From contig CACEAR010000001.1 of NCBI GenBank assembly GCA_902557575.1, positions 470,674 to 534,673 of the forward strand: DNA of 64,000 nucleotides, given 5' to 3'. The stretch is from an uncultured SAR86 cluster bacterium. Lineage in GTDB: Bacteria; Pseudomonadota; Gammaproteobacteria; Magnimaribacterales; D2472. Position numbers and translations under genes: made by a program. Positions 50,849-61,962 of this stretch are shown here, piece by piece. The notes beneath the pieces are model-generated. The model was not told the DNA's origin, did not search any database, and worked only from the letters and a program-made list of their open reading frames with translations. How positions within the stretch are numbered: position 1 is the stretch's first letter; the number at the start of each line of letters is the position of its first letter.

Positions 50849-51307
50849 ATGCCAATGACATTTGTAAAACCTGAAGAATTAGATAGTTATGTTGGTAAGT
50901 CGCTTGAACCTAGTGAGTGGCTGACTATTGATCAAGAAAGAATAAATAATTTTGCCGATGCGACTAATGATCATCAATTTATTCATGTTGATCCTGAACA
51001 AGCTGCACCAATATTTGGATCAACAATTGCGCATGGATTTTTATCATTATCTCTGACTTCGGGAATGGGAGAGGAAAATGCTTTAGTTGTTGAGGGCTCA
51101 AAAATGAGTCTAAACTATGGATTAGATAAAATTAGATTTCTTGCACCTGTTCCTGTAAATTCTAGAATAAGAATGCACTCAAAGATTGTAGAAGTTAAGG
51201 AAAAGAACCCAGGTCAATTTCTTATTAAAAGCGAAGTTACTATGGAGCTAGAGGGCTCCGAAAAACCAGCCTTTATTGCTGAACAACTTGGTCTTTGGGT
51301 CACTTAA
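50849..51307 (+). CDS. MaoC-family (R)-enoyl-CoA hydratase/dehydratase
   Basis: FADATNDHQFIHVD, TIAHGFLSLSL, NYGLDKIRFLAPV. Confidence 0.92.
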   Translation: MPMTFVKPEELDSYVGKSLEPSEWLTIDQERINNFADATNDHQFIHVDPEQAAPIFGSTIAHGFLSLSLTSGMGEENALVVEGSKMSLNYGLDKIRFLAPVPVNSRIRMHSKIVEVKEKNPGQFLIKSEVTMELEGSEKPAFIAEQLGLWVT

Positions 51308-52734
51308 GAATTTAGCGCTTTTTTCAATAAATCGTTCACTGCTTTAGGGTTAGCTTTCCCTTGAGTTTCTTTCATTACTTGGCCAACAAAGAAACCGAAT
51401 AGCTTATCTTTACCATTTTTATAATCTTCAACTTGTTTAGTATTTGATTCGATTACTTTTGTGATTACTTCTTCAAGAAGGTTCTCATCTTGAATCTGAA
51501 CCAATCCTTGGTCATTAATTATTTCATCTGCATTTCTGCCTGTTTCCCAAATTTCAGCAAGTATAGTTTTTGCTATTTTTTTAGATATTGTTCCATCAGA
51601 TATTCTTTGAAGCAGAATATTAAAATTATCTGACGAAAGTTTAGATTCATCTATCTTTATATTATCCTTATTAAGTAGGGAGCTAATTTCACCAACTATA
51701 AGATTAGCAGCAAGTTTTGGATCATTTTTAGATTCTACTGCAACCTCAAAGAAATTAGATAGTTCTCTTGACGAGGAAATAATCTCAGCTTCACTTTCGT
51801 CAATTTTGAATTCTGAAATATATCTTCTTGATTTATCTGCAGGAAGTTCAGGGAAAGTACTTCTTATTTCCTCCATCTCATCATCAGAAATAACTACTGG
51901 TAGCAGATCAGGATCAGGAAAGTATCTGTAGTCATTCGCAAACTCTTTTGATCGCATCGGCCTTGTTTCATCCTTTCCGCTATCGTAAAGCCTTGTTTCT
52001 TGGGTAACTTTTTCACCGCTCTCTAGTACTTTAATTTGTCTTTTGATTTCGAAATTAATAGCTTTTTCAATAAACCTAAATGAATTAATATTTTTTATCT
52101 CAGTTCTAGTGCCTAACTCATCATCACCAACTTTTCTAATAGAAACATTCGCATCGCAGCGAAGAGATCCTTGCGACATGTCACCATCACACACATCTAG
52201 AAATGTAACAAGTTGATGCAAAGCCTTCATGTAAGAAACAGCTTCTTTGGCGCTAGATATTTCTGGCTCAGATACAATCTCAAGCAGGGGAGTTCCTGCT
52301 CTGTTTAAATCAATAACAGATTTATCTGGATAGGCATCATGTATTGACTTTCCAGCATCTTCTTCAAGATGCGCTCTTGTAATGTTTATGGTTTTTTTAT
52401 CTCCATCCACATCAATATCGATAGATCCTCCCTCTACTATAGGTTTTGTCATTTGAGTTATTTGATAACCTTTTGGTAGATCGGGGTAAAAATAATTTTT
52501 TCTATCAAAAGTAGATTCCTGATTAATATCTGCTTCAATTGCTAATCCAAATCTTATTGCTTTTTTAAATGCATCCTTATTAACAACAGGCAGAACTCCT
52601 GGTAAACCTAAATCAACTAAATCAACTTGAGTGTTAGGCTCTGAACCAAACTTAGTTGATGCACTGGAGAAGAGTTTAGTATTTGTAGACAGTTGCGCAT
52701 GAACTTCTAAACCAATTACTGTTTCCCAGCTCAT
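51304..52734 (-). CDS. gatB: Asp/Glu-tRNA amidotransferase subunit B
   Basis: [49 protein letters not shown]. Confidence 0.99.
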   Translation of the reverse strand: MSWETVIGLEVHAQLSTNTKLFSSASTKFGSEPNTQVDLVDLGLPGVLPVVNKDAFKKAIRFGLAIEADINQESTFDRKNYFYPDLPKGYQITQMTKPIVEGGSIDIDVDGDKKTINITRAHLEEDAGKSIHDAYPDKSVIDLNRAGTPLLEIVSEPEISSAKEAVSYMKALHQLVTFLDVCDGDMSQGSLRCDANVSIRKVGDDELGTRTEIKNINSFRFIEKAINFEIKRQIKVLESGEKVTQETRLYDSGKDETRPMRSKEFANDYRYFPDPDLLPVVISDDEMEEIRSTFPELPADKSRRYISEFKIDESEAEIISSSRELSNFFEVAVESKNDPKLAANLIVGEISSLLNKDNIKIDESKLSSDNFNILLQRISDGTISKKIAKTILAEIWETGRNADEIINDQGLVQIQDENLLEEVITKVIESNTKQVEDYKNGKDKLFGFFVGQVMKETQGKANPKAVNDLLKKALNS

Positions 52735-54182
52735 GAGCTCTCTCCAAGATCAGGAGTTTTGAAATGCCAATCACTATTTTTTTGATATTGGTGAGCAAAA
52801 TTTAATATCTTTGATTCCTCTAGATAATTTCCTATAAGCTGCAAACCAATAGGTAGACCATCAGAAAAACCATGAGGTATAGACATTGCTGGTACACCAG
52901 CAAGATTTGAAGAAATCGTAAACAAGTCTTCTAGGTACATTTCAATTGGATCTTCAGTTTTTGAACCAATTTTAAAAGCAGAGCTTGGTGATGAGGGAGA
53001 CATTATTACGTCAACTTCACTAAATGCGTTCACAAAATCATTTTTTATCATTCTTCTTGATTGCTGAGCTTTCTTATAATAAGCGTCATAGAAACCCGCT
53101 GATAAAACATATGTTCCTATTAGAATTCTTCTTTTAACTTCGTCCCCAAAACCTTCAGATCTTGATTTTACGTATAGTTCTTCTAAATTATCGACATCTT
53201 TTGCTCTATAGCCGTATTTAACTCCATCAAATCTAGAAAGGTTTGATGAGCATTCAGCTGGAGCAACTACATAATAAGTTGGAACAGAGAGTTTGATATT
53301 TGGCATTGAAACCTCTACAAAGTTTGCTCCCAAAGCTTCAAATATTTTTTTTGATTTTTCAAAAGAATCTTGAACTTCTTTATTAAGACTAGAAATATCG
53401 AACTCTTTAATAATGCCAATTTTCTTACCTTTTAGATCATTATTTATTTTATCTAGATAATTTTCCTGTTCATCGCTAATTGAGGTTGAGTCTTTTGAGT
53501 CATGGCTACAAATATGATTAAGTAAAAGAGCACAATCCTCTGCATTTCTTGCAAAGGCCCCAGCTTGATCAAGACTGGAAGCAAAAGCTATCATTCCCCA
53601 CCTTGAAGCTCTTCCATAGGTAGGCTTTATACCAGTAATTCCACATAATGCAGCTGGTTGCCTTATAGATCCACCTGTATCTGTTCCAGTTGCAGCGCAA
53701 ACAAGACCTTCTGAAACGGCTGCTGCTGAACCACCAGAGCTTCCTCCTGGAACTCTTTCAAGATCCCATGGATTTCTTACTGTCCCGTAATAGCTTGTTT
53801 CATTTGAGGACCCCATTGCAAACTCATCCATATTGGTTTTTCCAACACAAATGCTGCCAGCAGCAGAGAGATTATCTACAACAGTAGCATCATAAGGAGG
53901 AATAAAGTTCTCTAAAATCTTTGAACCGCAAGTTGTCCTTAAATTTTTTGTACAAAATAGATCTTTTTGAGCGATTGGTATCCCTGCGAGATCGCCATCA
54001 ACTTTACCCTCATCAAAATCTTTTGCTTTGTTTAGTGCTGCTTCTTCATCTAGTGTAATGAATGAATTCGTTTTACTTGACGAAATATTTTTAAAGGTTT
54101 CGTTTACCAGCTCATAGGAAGATATCTCTTTATTCTCTAAAAGTCTTTTTAATTCAGCTAATGTTTTAAATCTAATACTCAT
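52731..54182 (-). CDS. gatA: Asp/Glu-tRNA amidotransferase subunit A
   Basis: [43 protein letters not shown]. Confidence 0.99.
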   Translation of the reverse strand: MSIRFKTLAELKRLLENKEISSYELVNETFKNISSSKTNSFITLDEEAALNKAKDFDEGKVDGDLAGIPIAQKDLFCTKNLRTTCGSKILENFIPPYDATVVDNLSAAGSICVGKTNMDEFAMGSSNETSYYGTVRNPWDLERVPGGSSGGSAAAVSEGLVCAATGTDTGGSIRQPAALCGITGIKPTYGRASRWGMIAFASSLDQAGAFARNAEDCALLLNHICSHDSKDSTSISDEQENYLDKINNDLKGKKIGIIKEFDISSLNKEVQDSFEKSKKIFEALGANFVEVSMPNIKLSVPTYYVVAPAECSSNLSRFDGVKYGYRAKDVDNLEELYVKSRSEGFGDEVKRRILIGTYVLSAGFYDAYYKKAQQSRRMIKNDFVNAFSEVDVIMSPSSPSSAFKIGSKTEDPIEMYLEDLFTISSNLAGVPAMSIPHGFSDGLPIGLQLIGNYLEESKILNFAHQYQKNSDWHFKTPDLGESS

Positions 54183-54460
54183 TCAACGACTTTTGGGACC
54201 ATAAAATAATCTTGATCTGACTCAGGAGAGTTCGAGAGAAAAGCTTCTTTTCTATTTCTTGAAGCCACTGAGTCCTCTCTTTTAGGAGCTACTTTTTCTA
54301 ATGGATTGGAAAGTGGAACTATATCTTCAGTATTAAGATCTTGAAGCTCAGCAACGAAATCAATTATATTTTCTAGGTCTTTAGTAATTTTTTCTTTTTT
54401 ATCCTTATCTATCTTTAATCTAGCTAAATAAGAGATAGTTTCAACTGTTTTATTGTCCAT
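54179..54460 (-). CDS. gatC: Asp/Glu-tRNA amidotransferase subunit C
   Basis: [29 protein letters not shown]; precedes gatA. Confidence 0.93.
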   Translation of the reverse strand: MDNKTVETISYLARLKIDKDKKEKITKDLENIIDFVAELQDLNTEDIVPLSNPLEKVAPKREDSVASRNRKEAFLSNSPESDQDYFMVPKVVE

Positions 54461-54534
54461 ATATAGGATATTATATTAAAGTTGCGAGATGTTAACCTAA
54501 CGCAGTGTAATTTTATATATTTTTGAGGAAAATT

Positions 54535-55584
54535 GTGGAATTTAACTTATTCAAAACAGCTAGAGGGCTTTTTTCAAATGATCTATCAATAGATCTTGGT
54601 ACTGCTAATACCTTAATTTACACAAAAGATGTAGGAATAGTGCTAAATGAACCTTCGGTTGTAGCGATAAGAGAATCCAGAGGTCAAAAAACTGTTGTTG
54701 CCGTTGGTGCTGAAGCAAAGAAGATGCTTGGAAGAACGCCAGGCAATATTACAGCAATAAGACCCTTATCCGATGGAGTTATAGCTGATTTCCAGGTAAC
54801 AGAGAAAATGCTTCAACATTTTATCGCCACTGTTCATGAGCAAAGATTTATAAAACCAAGTCCAAGGATACTAGTTTGTGTTCCATGTAGATCAACTCAA
54901 GTTGAAAGAAGAGCCATAAGGGAATCTGTTCTTGGAGCAGGGGCTAGAGATGTAAAGCTTATTGAAGAGCCAATGGCTGCAGCAATTGGAGCAGGTTTGC
55001 CTGTTGAAGAAGCTAGCGGAAGCATGGTAATAGATATTGGTGGTGGTACTTCTGAAATTGCCATACTTGCATTAAACGGAGTTGTCTATGCTGAATCGGT
55101 AAAAATCGGAGGAGATAAGATGGATGAATCAATTGTTTCCTACATTCGAAGGAATTATGGGTGCGTTATTGGTGAATCAACTGCTGAGAAAATTAAACAA
55201 ACAATCGGATGTGCATCTGAGGACTCTGAAAAACAAGAAATGATGGTTACTGGTAGAAACTTAGCAGAGGGTATTCCTGAAACATTTAGTCTTTCAAGCG
55301 ATCATGTTTATGATGCTATGAAAGATCCGCTTAATGGGATAATCCGTGGAATAAGGGATGCACTTGAGCTTTCTCCACCCGAGTTGTCTGCAGATATAGC
55401 AGAAAGAGGTATTGTCTTAACAGGTGGAGGAGCGTTGTTGAGAGATTTAGATCGATTAATTTCATCTCAAACCGGAATACCAGTTATTATTGCTGAAGAC
55501 CCCCTTACCTGCGTCGCAAGAGGGGGAGGCCAAGCGTTAGAAATAATAGATAAATATAATATAGACCTATTATCAACTGAGTAA
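54535..55584 (+). CDS. mreB: Rod shape-determining protein MreB (probable start GTG 54535)
   Basis: [44 protein letters not shown]. Confidence 0.98.
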   Translation: MEFNLFKTARGLFSNDLSIDLGTANTLIYTKDVGIVLNEPSVVAIRESRGQKTVVAVGAEAKKMLGRTPGNITAIRPLSDGVIADFQVTEKMLQHFIATVHEQRFIKPSPRILVCVPCRSTQVERRAIRESVLGAGARDVKLIEEPMAAAIGAGLPVEEASGSMVIDIGGGTSEIAILALNGVVYAESVKIGGDKMDESIVSYIRRNYGCVIGESTAEKIKQTIGCASEDSEKQEMMVTGRNLAEGIPETFSLSSDHVYDAMKDPLNGIIRGIRDALELSPPELSADIAERGIVLTGGGALLRDLDRLISSQTGIPVIIAEDPLTCVARGGGQALEIIDKYNIDLLSTE

Positions 55585-55585
55585 T

Positions 55586-56407
55586 ATGGCAAGATTGCCT
55601 GATAGATCATCAAGGTTTATGTTGATAGCAACTTTTATTATTTGCTCATCAATCTTATTTGTTGATTTTAGATTTGATACTTTTAAGCCTGTTCAGAATT
55701 TTTACAACTCTTCTTCGATTTTCATTCGAGTGTTTTCCAGTGAGTACGTTGTAAGACCCTTATATAGATCTCTTTCAAGTATGCGAGATACAAGAAGGGC
55801 TAAGGAAGAAAATAAAAACTTAAAAGAAGAACTCAACAAGCAATTAATTGAGAATTATATTATTTCTAATAAGGAAATTTTAAATAGAAATATTTTCTTT
55901 GATGTAACAAATTTGGAAAAGTTAGATTTAAAGTTAATTCCTGCAAAGGTTGTGGATTTTGATGTTAATCAATACAGATGCTGCGATAAGCATAGAATGT
56001 TTTTATTGCCTGAAGTATCAAGTGATATTGATTCTTTTAAAGTCGTAATAAATCCTGAGGGTATAGTAGGACAAACAATTAAAGTTAACAGCAGCTTATT
56101 TGAAGTAATTTTGTTAAGCGATAAAAGCCATAAGATACCGATACAAAATGAAAATAAATTTTACTGTGAAGCAAGTGGATTAGGAATACCTAAAAAAATA
56201 TTCTGTGACGTTGATTTAACTTTGGGGGATAAAGATTTTGAATTAAAACAAAAGATTTATTCATCTGGACTGGGCGGCATATTTCCAAAGGGAATTGAAA
56301 TCGGAAGCATTTATGAAATCAAAGATTTAACCCCTAAAGAGGTTAGGATAATAATTGATTTAAATGCAGACCCCTTAACATCAAATTATTTTGGAGTTCT
56401 TCTTTAA
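55586..56407 (+). CDS. mreC: Rod shape-determining protein MreC
   Basis: N-terminal TM plus coiled coil, GIVGQ, SSGLGGIFPKGIEIG; synteny. Confidence 0.88.
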   Translation: MARLPDRSSRFMLIATFIICSSILFVDFRFDTFKPVQNFYNSSSIFIRVFSSEYVVRPLYRSLSSMRDTRRAKEENKNLKEELNKQLIENYIISNKEILNRNIFFDVTNLEKLDLKLIPAKVVDFDVNQYRCCDKHRMFLLPEVSSDIDSFKVVINPEGIVGQTIKVNSSLFEVILLSDKSHKIPIQNENKFYCEASGLGIPKKIFCDVDLTLGDKDFELKQKIYSSGLGGIFPKGIEIGSIYEIKDLTPKEVRIIIDLNADPLTSNYFGVLL

Positions 56408-56880
56408 TGAAACTATCAGAATTAGTATTTTTGACTGTAATTTTTACATTACTTAGTTTTGTTGATTCTCAAGTTAATCTTTTTCTAATAGATTTTTTTA
56501 TAGTTTCGAACATAACTTACCTATTTCTTTGTTACTTGTGTTTTAGGAATCCGCAAAAGATTAATTCCTTATTTGGTGCATATATAGGTTTTATAGTTGA
56601 TCTCCACCAAAATACTTTTTTTGGTCTTCATGCAACATTATTCACATTATCCATTCTCTTAATCAACTATAACTACTTCAGATTGAGAATGTTTTCAACT
56701 TTACAAATAACAGCAGCTTTTAGCTTTTTTACAGTTTTTTTTGTTGGATTTAAGAGTATTTTAGTTTCAACAATGAATTTTCAGTATCTAATAGTCTTCC
56801 TTAGCTTTTTTTCTGCATTTCTTACTTATCTCTTTGTTCCAAGTCTCGGTAAATTCTTAATAAAGAAAACTAAACTTTAA
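56407..56880 (+). CDS. mreD: Rod shape-determining protein MreD
   Basis: Multi-TM, GFIVDL...FGLHA; follows mreC. Confidence 0.82.
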   Translation: MKLSELVFLTVIFTLLSFVDSQVNLFLIDFFIVSNITYLFLCYLCFRNPQKINSLFGAYIGFIVDLHQNTFFGLHATLFTLSILLINYNYFRLRMFSTLQITAAFSFFTVFFVGFKSILVSTMNFQYLIVFLSFFSAFLTYLFVPSLGKFLIKKTKL

Positions 56881-56881
56881 A

Positions 56882-58843
56882 ATGAAAAATGCTTTTTTAT
56901 TAAGGTTTTTGTTGGTGATTTTTTCACCACTTATATTTATTTCATTATTGTATTTTTTGTTTCTAAGTAAGCCTGAGCTTTTTTCTGGGAGTTTTGAAAG
57001 ATATAAGTATCAAGATTATTCATTTAGCTTTAAAAAGGTAGTTACAAACAAGAATCCCCTATATCCAGAATTGATATTTGAAGATGTTGTTCTCACAAAT
57101 AAAAATGAGGGTATTAAGATTATTAATCTTAAGATAGGCCTCAACATGCTTGGATATTTTTTTGATGATCTGAAAAGAATAAAATATTTAAAAATATACG
57201 CAACGCAAATTAAAACAGAGAATTATATTTCGCTACTCCCAGAAAACTCTATCGCACTGAAGAATAATTTATTAAACATAATTGATGATGGCAATATCGA
57301 AGAGCTATATTTTGAATTTATAGATGAAGCTGATATCAGCATTAATAATGAATTAATAATTTCAGACGTAATTCTTAATTTAGGATCTGAAAGAAAATTA
57401 ACAACTAAACGAGCATACATAACTGCAGACCCCCAAGAAGTTAAGATAAAACTAGACAAAGGTTCATTCGAAGACCTTCCATTTGAAGAAATTTCTGGAT
57501 TCTTAAATGTAGATACAATGCAATTGAATTATATTTCTTATCACAAATCTATTAATGAATATGCTGAAAATATTCTTCCGCTGGGAGTTTTAAACTTTAA
57601 AAATGATATTCAGCTGTTCACAACAGGTTTTGCTGACTTCAAAAACAACAAAAATAAGAATTTTGGTTTTATAAGTTTTCAAGACCTTTCAGATATTAAA
57701 TATCTACAAGATGGATTTAATATTAAGACTAATATATTTATTGAAGACTTTAATAATGTATTTTCACAAAATTTTATTTCTTTCAATGAACTCAAGATAA
57801 ATCTATATCTGTCTGGTAATGAAATACAAAATTCATCTGCATTCAATTTCTTTTCAGATAAAGATTCCGGTGTTGAGCTATCAGGAAGCTTCAATGAAGG
57901 AAATCTCACTTTAGATTTTAATAGTGAAAATCTTAAAGGATCTTTAGTTAGAGATGATTCAAGCTTTTTTAGAATTAATCTTTATGACTCAAATATTAAT
58001 TTTAATTTTGGGGATTCAGAAGAAGATAATTTTATTCTTCCAAACTTAAAGTTCAGGGTAACAGGAGAAAATGTTAGTTTTAATGATGCAATATTCAACT
58101 CAATAGATTTTTATTATCTAAAGAATGGGGATGTTCTCACCTTAAATGATATAAATATCGATAGTGACTTTTTGAAAATATCTAATTATGAAAATGAGCC
58201 TGCTTATTTTTCTATTAATACAGCCCGAGATTTTTACAAAATTAAAGGTTTATATGAATTCAATAATATTAAAGAAGCTTTAAAGCTTAAAAATTTTCCA
58301 TCAATAAATTATTTTAGGTCGAATATAAATATTCAGTGGAACAATCTTCTAGAACTTAGAAATATAGAAGGAAGCATGGATTTTTTAACTAAAGATTTCC
58401 AAATAAACCAAAAAAATCCGAACTCAGCTTTACTAAATCTAATCGGCTTGTTAAACATTCAATCATTTTTTGATGGTTATGACGGATCGTCAACAGATGA
58501 ATATATCAAGTTTAAAAGAGGGAGCGGAAGTATAATCTTTTCTCAAAATTATGGGAGGATTGTTGATGACTTTTCTTTTGAGGCTGATTTCGGAAATATG
58601 GATTGGAATGGCTTTATTATCAAAGATAATGCTGGTTCTTTTGAAAAGTTAGATCTTGAACTATCTTTAAAATTAAATCTTCAAGAAAATATACCATGGT
58701 ATGCAGCTATTTTTGGTGGTCTTGGCGTAGCTGCTGGAACAGCAATTATTGGAAATGTTTTTGAAGATCAGATTGAAGATATTTCAACTATAGAATACTC
58801 AGTGAAGGGACCGCTGAATTCTCCAAATCTAGAAAGGTTATAG
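56882..58843 (+). CDS. yhdP: YhdP-like AsmA-family intermembrane bridge protein, about half length (653 aa)
   Basis: N-terminal TM anchor, beta-rich body, AsmA-like C-terminus ending YSVKGPLNSP; position after mreD. Confidence 0.7.
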   Translation: MKNAFLLRFLLVIFSPLIFISLLYFLFLSKPELFSGSFERYKYQDYSFSFKKVVTNKNPLYPELIFEDVVLTNKNEGIKIINLKIGLNMLGYFFDDLKRIKYLKIYATQIKTENYISLLPENSIALKNNLLNIIDDGNIEELYFEFIDEADISINNELIISDVILNLGSERKLTTKRAYITADPQEVKIKLDKGSFEDLPFEEISGFLNVDTMQLNYISYHKSINEYAENILPLGVLNFKNDIQLFTTGFADFKNNKNKNFGFISFQDLSDIKYLQDGFNIKTNIFIEDFNNVFSQNFISFNELKINLYLSGNEIQNSSAFNFFSDKDSGVELSGSFNEGNLTLDFNSENLKGSLVRDDSSFFRINLYDSNINFNFGDSEEDNFILPNLKFRVTGENVSFNDAIFNSIDFYYLKNGDVLTLNDINIDSDFLKISNYENEPAYFSINTARDFYKIKGLYEFNNIKEALKLKNFPSINYFRSNINIQWNNLLELRNIEGSMDFLTKDFQINQKNPNSALLNLIGLLNIQSFFDGYDGSSTDEYIKFKRGSGSIIFSQNYGRIVDDFSFEADFGNMDWNGFIIKDNAGSFEKLDLELSLKLNLQENIPWYAAIFGGLGVAAGTAIIGNVFEDQIEDISTIEYSVKGPLNSPNLERL

Positions 58844-60175
58844 TAGAAATATTGTTGCTAGGCCAAGAAAAGAAACAAAGCCTACAACATCAGTCACTGT
58901 TGTCACAATAACACTCCCAGCTATAGCAGGATCCTGATTTAATCTTCTTAAGATAATAGGTACAAAAACTCCTGCAACAACTGAGCTTAGAAGATTGATT
59001 ATCATTGCTGCAGCAATTAGCGCTGAAAGAATTAACTGGTTAAACCAAACATAAGTAACTAAACTAATTATTAAAGACAAAATGATTCCATTGAGGATTG
59101 CAACCGCTAGCTCCCTTTTAAAAAGCCACCCAAGATTCGAATTTGAGATTTGCTCTAACGTTAATCCCCTCAATACAATTGTTAAAGTCTGGGTTGCCGC
59201 AACTCCTCCCATGCTTGCAACGATTGGCATCAAAACAGCTAGGTATACTATTTTATCAATTGCATCTTGAAAAATATTTATTGCTAAGGCTGCTACGAAT
59301 GCTGTGATGAGATTAAGGCCAAGCCAAACAATCCTTCTTCGTGCAGCTCTTGCTGGGGGTGAAAAAGTATCTTCAGCAATTCCAGCCATACTCAAAAAGT
59401 TTTGATCTGCATCCTCAATAATGACATCCACGACGTCATCAATGGTGATTCTTCCAATGAGCTCATTTTTATCATTAACTACTGCAGCAGATATAAGATC
59501 ATTTTGTTCAAAAAATTTAGAAACTTCTTTATCAGATTCATTGACCATAAAAGAATGCGGTTTGTCATTCATAACATCTGATACTTTTAGCTCTGGATTT
59601 GAGCTGATAATTTTTGAAATCTTTAGCTCGCCGATAAAATTATTGTTCTTAGAGACTACAAACAGTTTATCTGTATTTTCTGGGATATCACCAATTGATC
59701 TGAGATATTCAAGAACTAAATTAAGAGTAGAATCTTGTTGGACACTGATAATATCGTTATTAAGCAAGCCACCTGCAGAATCTTCAGGATACTCTAAGAC
59801 CATCTCAACCCTTTCTCTATCTATTTTAGTCATCTTAGACAGAAGAAAACTTATTCTTTGTTGAGGAAGGTTCTGAAGAATATCAACCATCTCATCTAAT
59901 TCAAGGTTTTGAACTAAATCTAGCAGTTCTTCATTAGAAATTTCATCAAATAAATCTTGCTGAATTTCTTCGCCCAATTCGCTCAGCACATCAGCTTCAT
60001 TCGATTTATCTATAATTGACCAAATTACTTTTCGCTGCTCTGAGGGAGTTGATTCAAGACAGTGAGCAATCTCATGCGAATCCATTTTAGAGAGGATTCT
60101 TTGAATCTTAATAAATTTATCTTCAGATTTTTTGCTTAATATCTCAAAAATCTTTTCTTGATTGTAGGTTTCCAT
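58838..60175 (-). CDS. mgtE: Magnesium transporter MgtE
   Basis: YPEDSAGGLL, CBS pair, GRITIDDV, PIVASMGG, TTVTDVVGF. Confidence 0.95.
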   Translation of the reverse strand: METYNQEKIFEILSKKSEDKFIKIQRILSKMDSHEIAHCLESTPSEQRKVIWSIIDKSNEADVLSELGEEIQQDLFDEISNEELLDLVQNLELDEMVDILQNLPQQRISFLLSKMTKIDRERVEMVLEYPEDSAGGLLNNDIISVQQDSTLNLVLEYLRSIGDIPENTDKLFVVSKNNNFIGELKISKIISSNPELKVSDVMNDKPHSFMVNESDKEVSKFFEQNDLISAAVVNDKNELIGRITIDDVVDVIIEDADQNFLSMAGIAEDTFSPPARAARRRIVWLGLNLITAFVAALAINIFQDAIDKIVYLAVLMPIVASMGGVAATQTLTIVLRGLTLEQISNSNLGWLFKRELAVAILNGIILSLIISLVTYVWFNQLILSALIAAAMIINLLSSVVAGVFVPIILRRLNQDPAIAGSVIVTTVTDVVGFVSFLGLATIFLL

Positions 60176-60894
60176 CAATCAAAAACTGTTCCAAAGTATT
60201 CCTCTTTAATAAGCGAGCTGTTTATAAGATAATCTTTTTCACCTTTATCAAGGATACTTCCATCTTTTATGACAATTGAGTAATTGCATATATCTATGGT
60301 TTCTCTCAGATTATGGTCAGTTATTAAGATACAAATACCTTTGTCAGAAAGGCTCTTTAAAACATTTTTAATATCTTGAATAGCAAGAGGATCAATGCCA
60401 GCAAAGGGCTCATCTAAAAGTATTATTTTTGGTTTTGAAGCTAAACATCGAGCTATTTCAACTTTTCTTCTTTGCCCGCCTGATAACACATAACCCATTG
60501 AATCCTCAATAGACTCAAGACCAAACTCTGTAATTGTATTTTGATAAAAATTAATAAGATCTTCTTTTTTTAAAAAATTTCTTTCTGCGACGCCTAAAAT
60601 ATTTGATTTTACTGATAGGTTTCTAAATATTGATGGTTCCTGAGGCAAATAGCTCATTCCAACTTCGGCTCTTTTATGAGGAGGAATCATAGTTATATCC
60701 TTGTTATCAAGAAAAACTTCTCCACTATCTATTTTTATTAATCCTAAGATTGAGTAAAAAGTTGTCGTTTTACCAGCACCATTAGGTCCCAAAAGTCCGA
60801 CAATTTGGCCCTCTGAGATATCAAATGAGATCTCATTAATAATTTGCTTATTTTTAATAGACTTTGATATATTTTTAACTCTAAGGACTTCCAT
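60175..60894 (-). CDS. lptB: LPS export ABC ATPase LptB
   Basis: GPNGAGKTT, YLPQEPSIF, LSGGQRR, LDEPFAGIDP, ITDHN. Confidence 0.97.
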   Translation of the reverse strand: MEVLRVKNISKSIKNKQIINEISFDISEGQIVGLLGPNGAGKTTTFYSILGLIKIDSGEVFLDNKDITMIPPHKRAEVGMSYLPQEPSIFRNLSVKSNILGVAERNFLKKEDLINFYQNTITEFGLESIEDSMGYVLSGGQRRKVEIARCLASKPKIILLDEPFAGIDPLAIQDIKNVLKSLSDKGICILITDHNLRETIDICNYSIVIKDGSILDKGEKDYLINSSLIKEEYFGTVFD

Positions 60895-60895
60895 A

Positions 60896-61309
60896 CTAGT
60901 TTATTTGAAGCTCTCCAGAACCCATATTGAATTTTATTATTTTACCTCTTATTCGCGAGTTCTTATCCTCTATTAGAACACTTCCAGAGATTTCTATCTC
61001 ATTATCTTGAATAAAGACTAAGTTTGAAAAACCATTGAAATTATTATCTTCGGTGCTTATTTTAAATTTTACAGGGGACCCTTCGATTTTAATAAGCTCT
61101 AAATTTCGATTATATTCTGCAACCTCTCCAAATATTTCAAAAGACTCTGACTGAAAAATAACATTATTTTTAAATTCGATCTTTCCTTCTTTAATTTCTA
61201 TGTTATCTGAAGAAATATCTATTTTTTCTGATATGTCTATGCTCATTTCAGCAGCATTAAGTATTCCAAATATTGAAATAACTAAGCCTACAAGAAATAT
61301 CTTTTGCAT
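60896..61309 (-). CDS. lptA: LptA/OstA-like periplasmic LPS transport protein (short)
   Basis: Signal peptide, beta-jellyroll pattern (IDISSD, GSPVKF, IRGKIIKFNM); directly upstream of lptB. Confidence 0.75.
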   Translation of the reverse strand: MQKIFLVGLVISIFGILNAAEMSIDISEKIDISSDNIEIKEGKIEFKNNVIFQSESFEIFGEVAEYNRNLELIKIEGSPVKFKISTEDNNFNGFSNLVFIQDNEIEISGSVLIEDKNSRIRGKIIKFNMGSGELQIN

Positions 61310-61344
61310 AAAATTTTAAAAACTAACAAGTGTATAATAATGCA

Positions 61345-61962
61345 ATGTCATACCTAAAAAGAAATTTATTAGCCCTATTTTTATTTTTATCATTCCCATC
61401 CTTATCTGATATTAATAAAAATCCATTTGAGCTCATAGATACTAAATCACAAGAAATGGTGTTGGTTTTAACAACAGAAAATGAATTATTCAATACCGAT
61501 CCAGAACTATTCAAAAATAAGATAAAAAATATTTTTGAACCCTTAATAGATTTTAATAGAGTGAGTGCAAGCGTTATGGGGAAAAAGTATTTTTTGAGTG
61601 CTACTAAAGAGGAGAGAGCTCAATTTATAGAAGTTTTTAAAATTTCACTTCTAGATACTTATGCAGAAACCCTTGCCCAATGGGGAGATGCAGAAATAAT
61701 TACTGATTTTTCTTATGATGAGAAAAAAAATAAGATTGTAAGCGTGAAGCAAGAATTACTTACTACTAACAATGTTTATCCAATAATTTATAAACTAAGG
61801 GAATATAAAAATGGTACTTATAAAATAGTAAATATAATTATTAATGGAATCAATTTAGGGCAAACCTTCCATAATCAATTTCAAGCACTTGCTATAGAAA
61901 AGAATGAGAATATTTCTTCAATTATTAGTGAATGGAAATCGGATGCTTTCATAGATGGATAA
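61345..61962 (+). CDS. mlaC: MlaC/Ttg2D phospholipid shuttle protein (probable start ATG 61345)
   Basis: Signal peptide, PLIDFNRVSASVMG, FIEVFKISLLDTYA, YKIVNIIINGINLGQTFHNQF. Confidence 0.88.
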   Translation: MSYLKRNLLALFLFLSFPSLSDINKNPFELIDTKSQEMVLVLTTENELFNTDPELFKNKIKNIFEPLIDFNRVSASVMGKKYFLSATKEERAQFIEVFKISLLDTYAETLAQWGDAEIITDFSYDEKKNKIVSVKQELLTTNNVYPIIYKLREYKNGTYKIVNIIINGINLGQTFHNQFQALAIEKNENISSIISEWKSDAFIDG

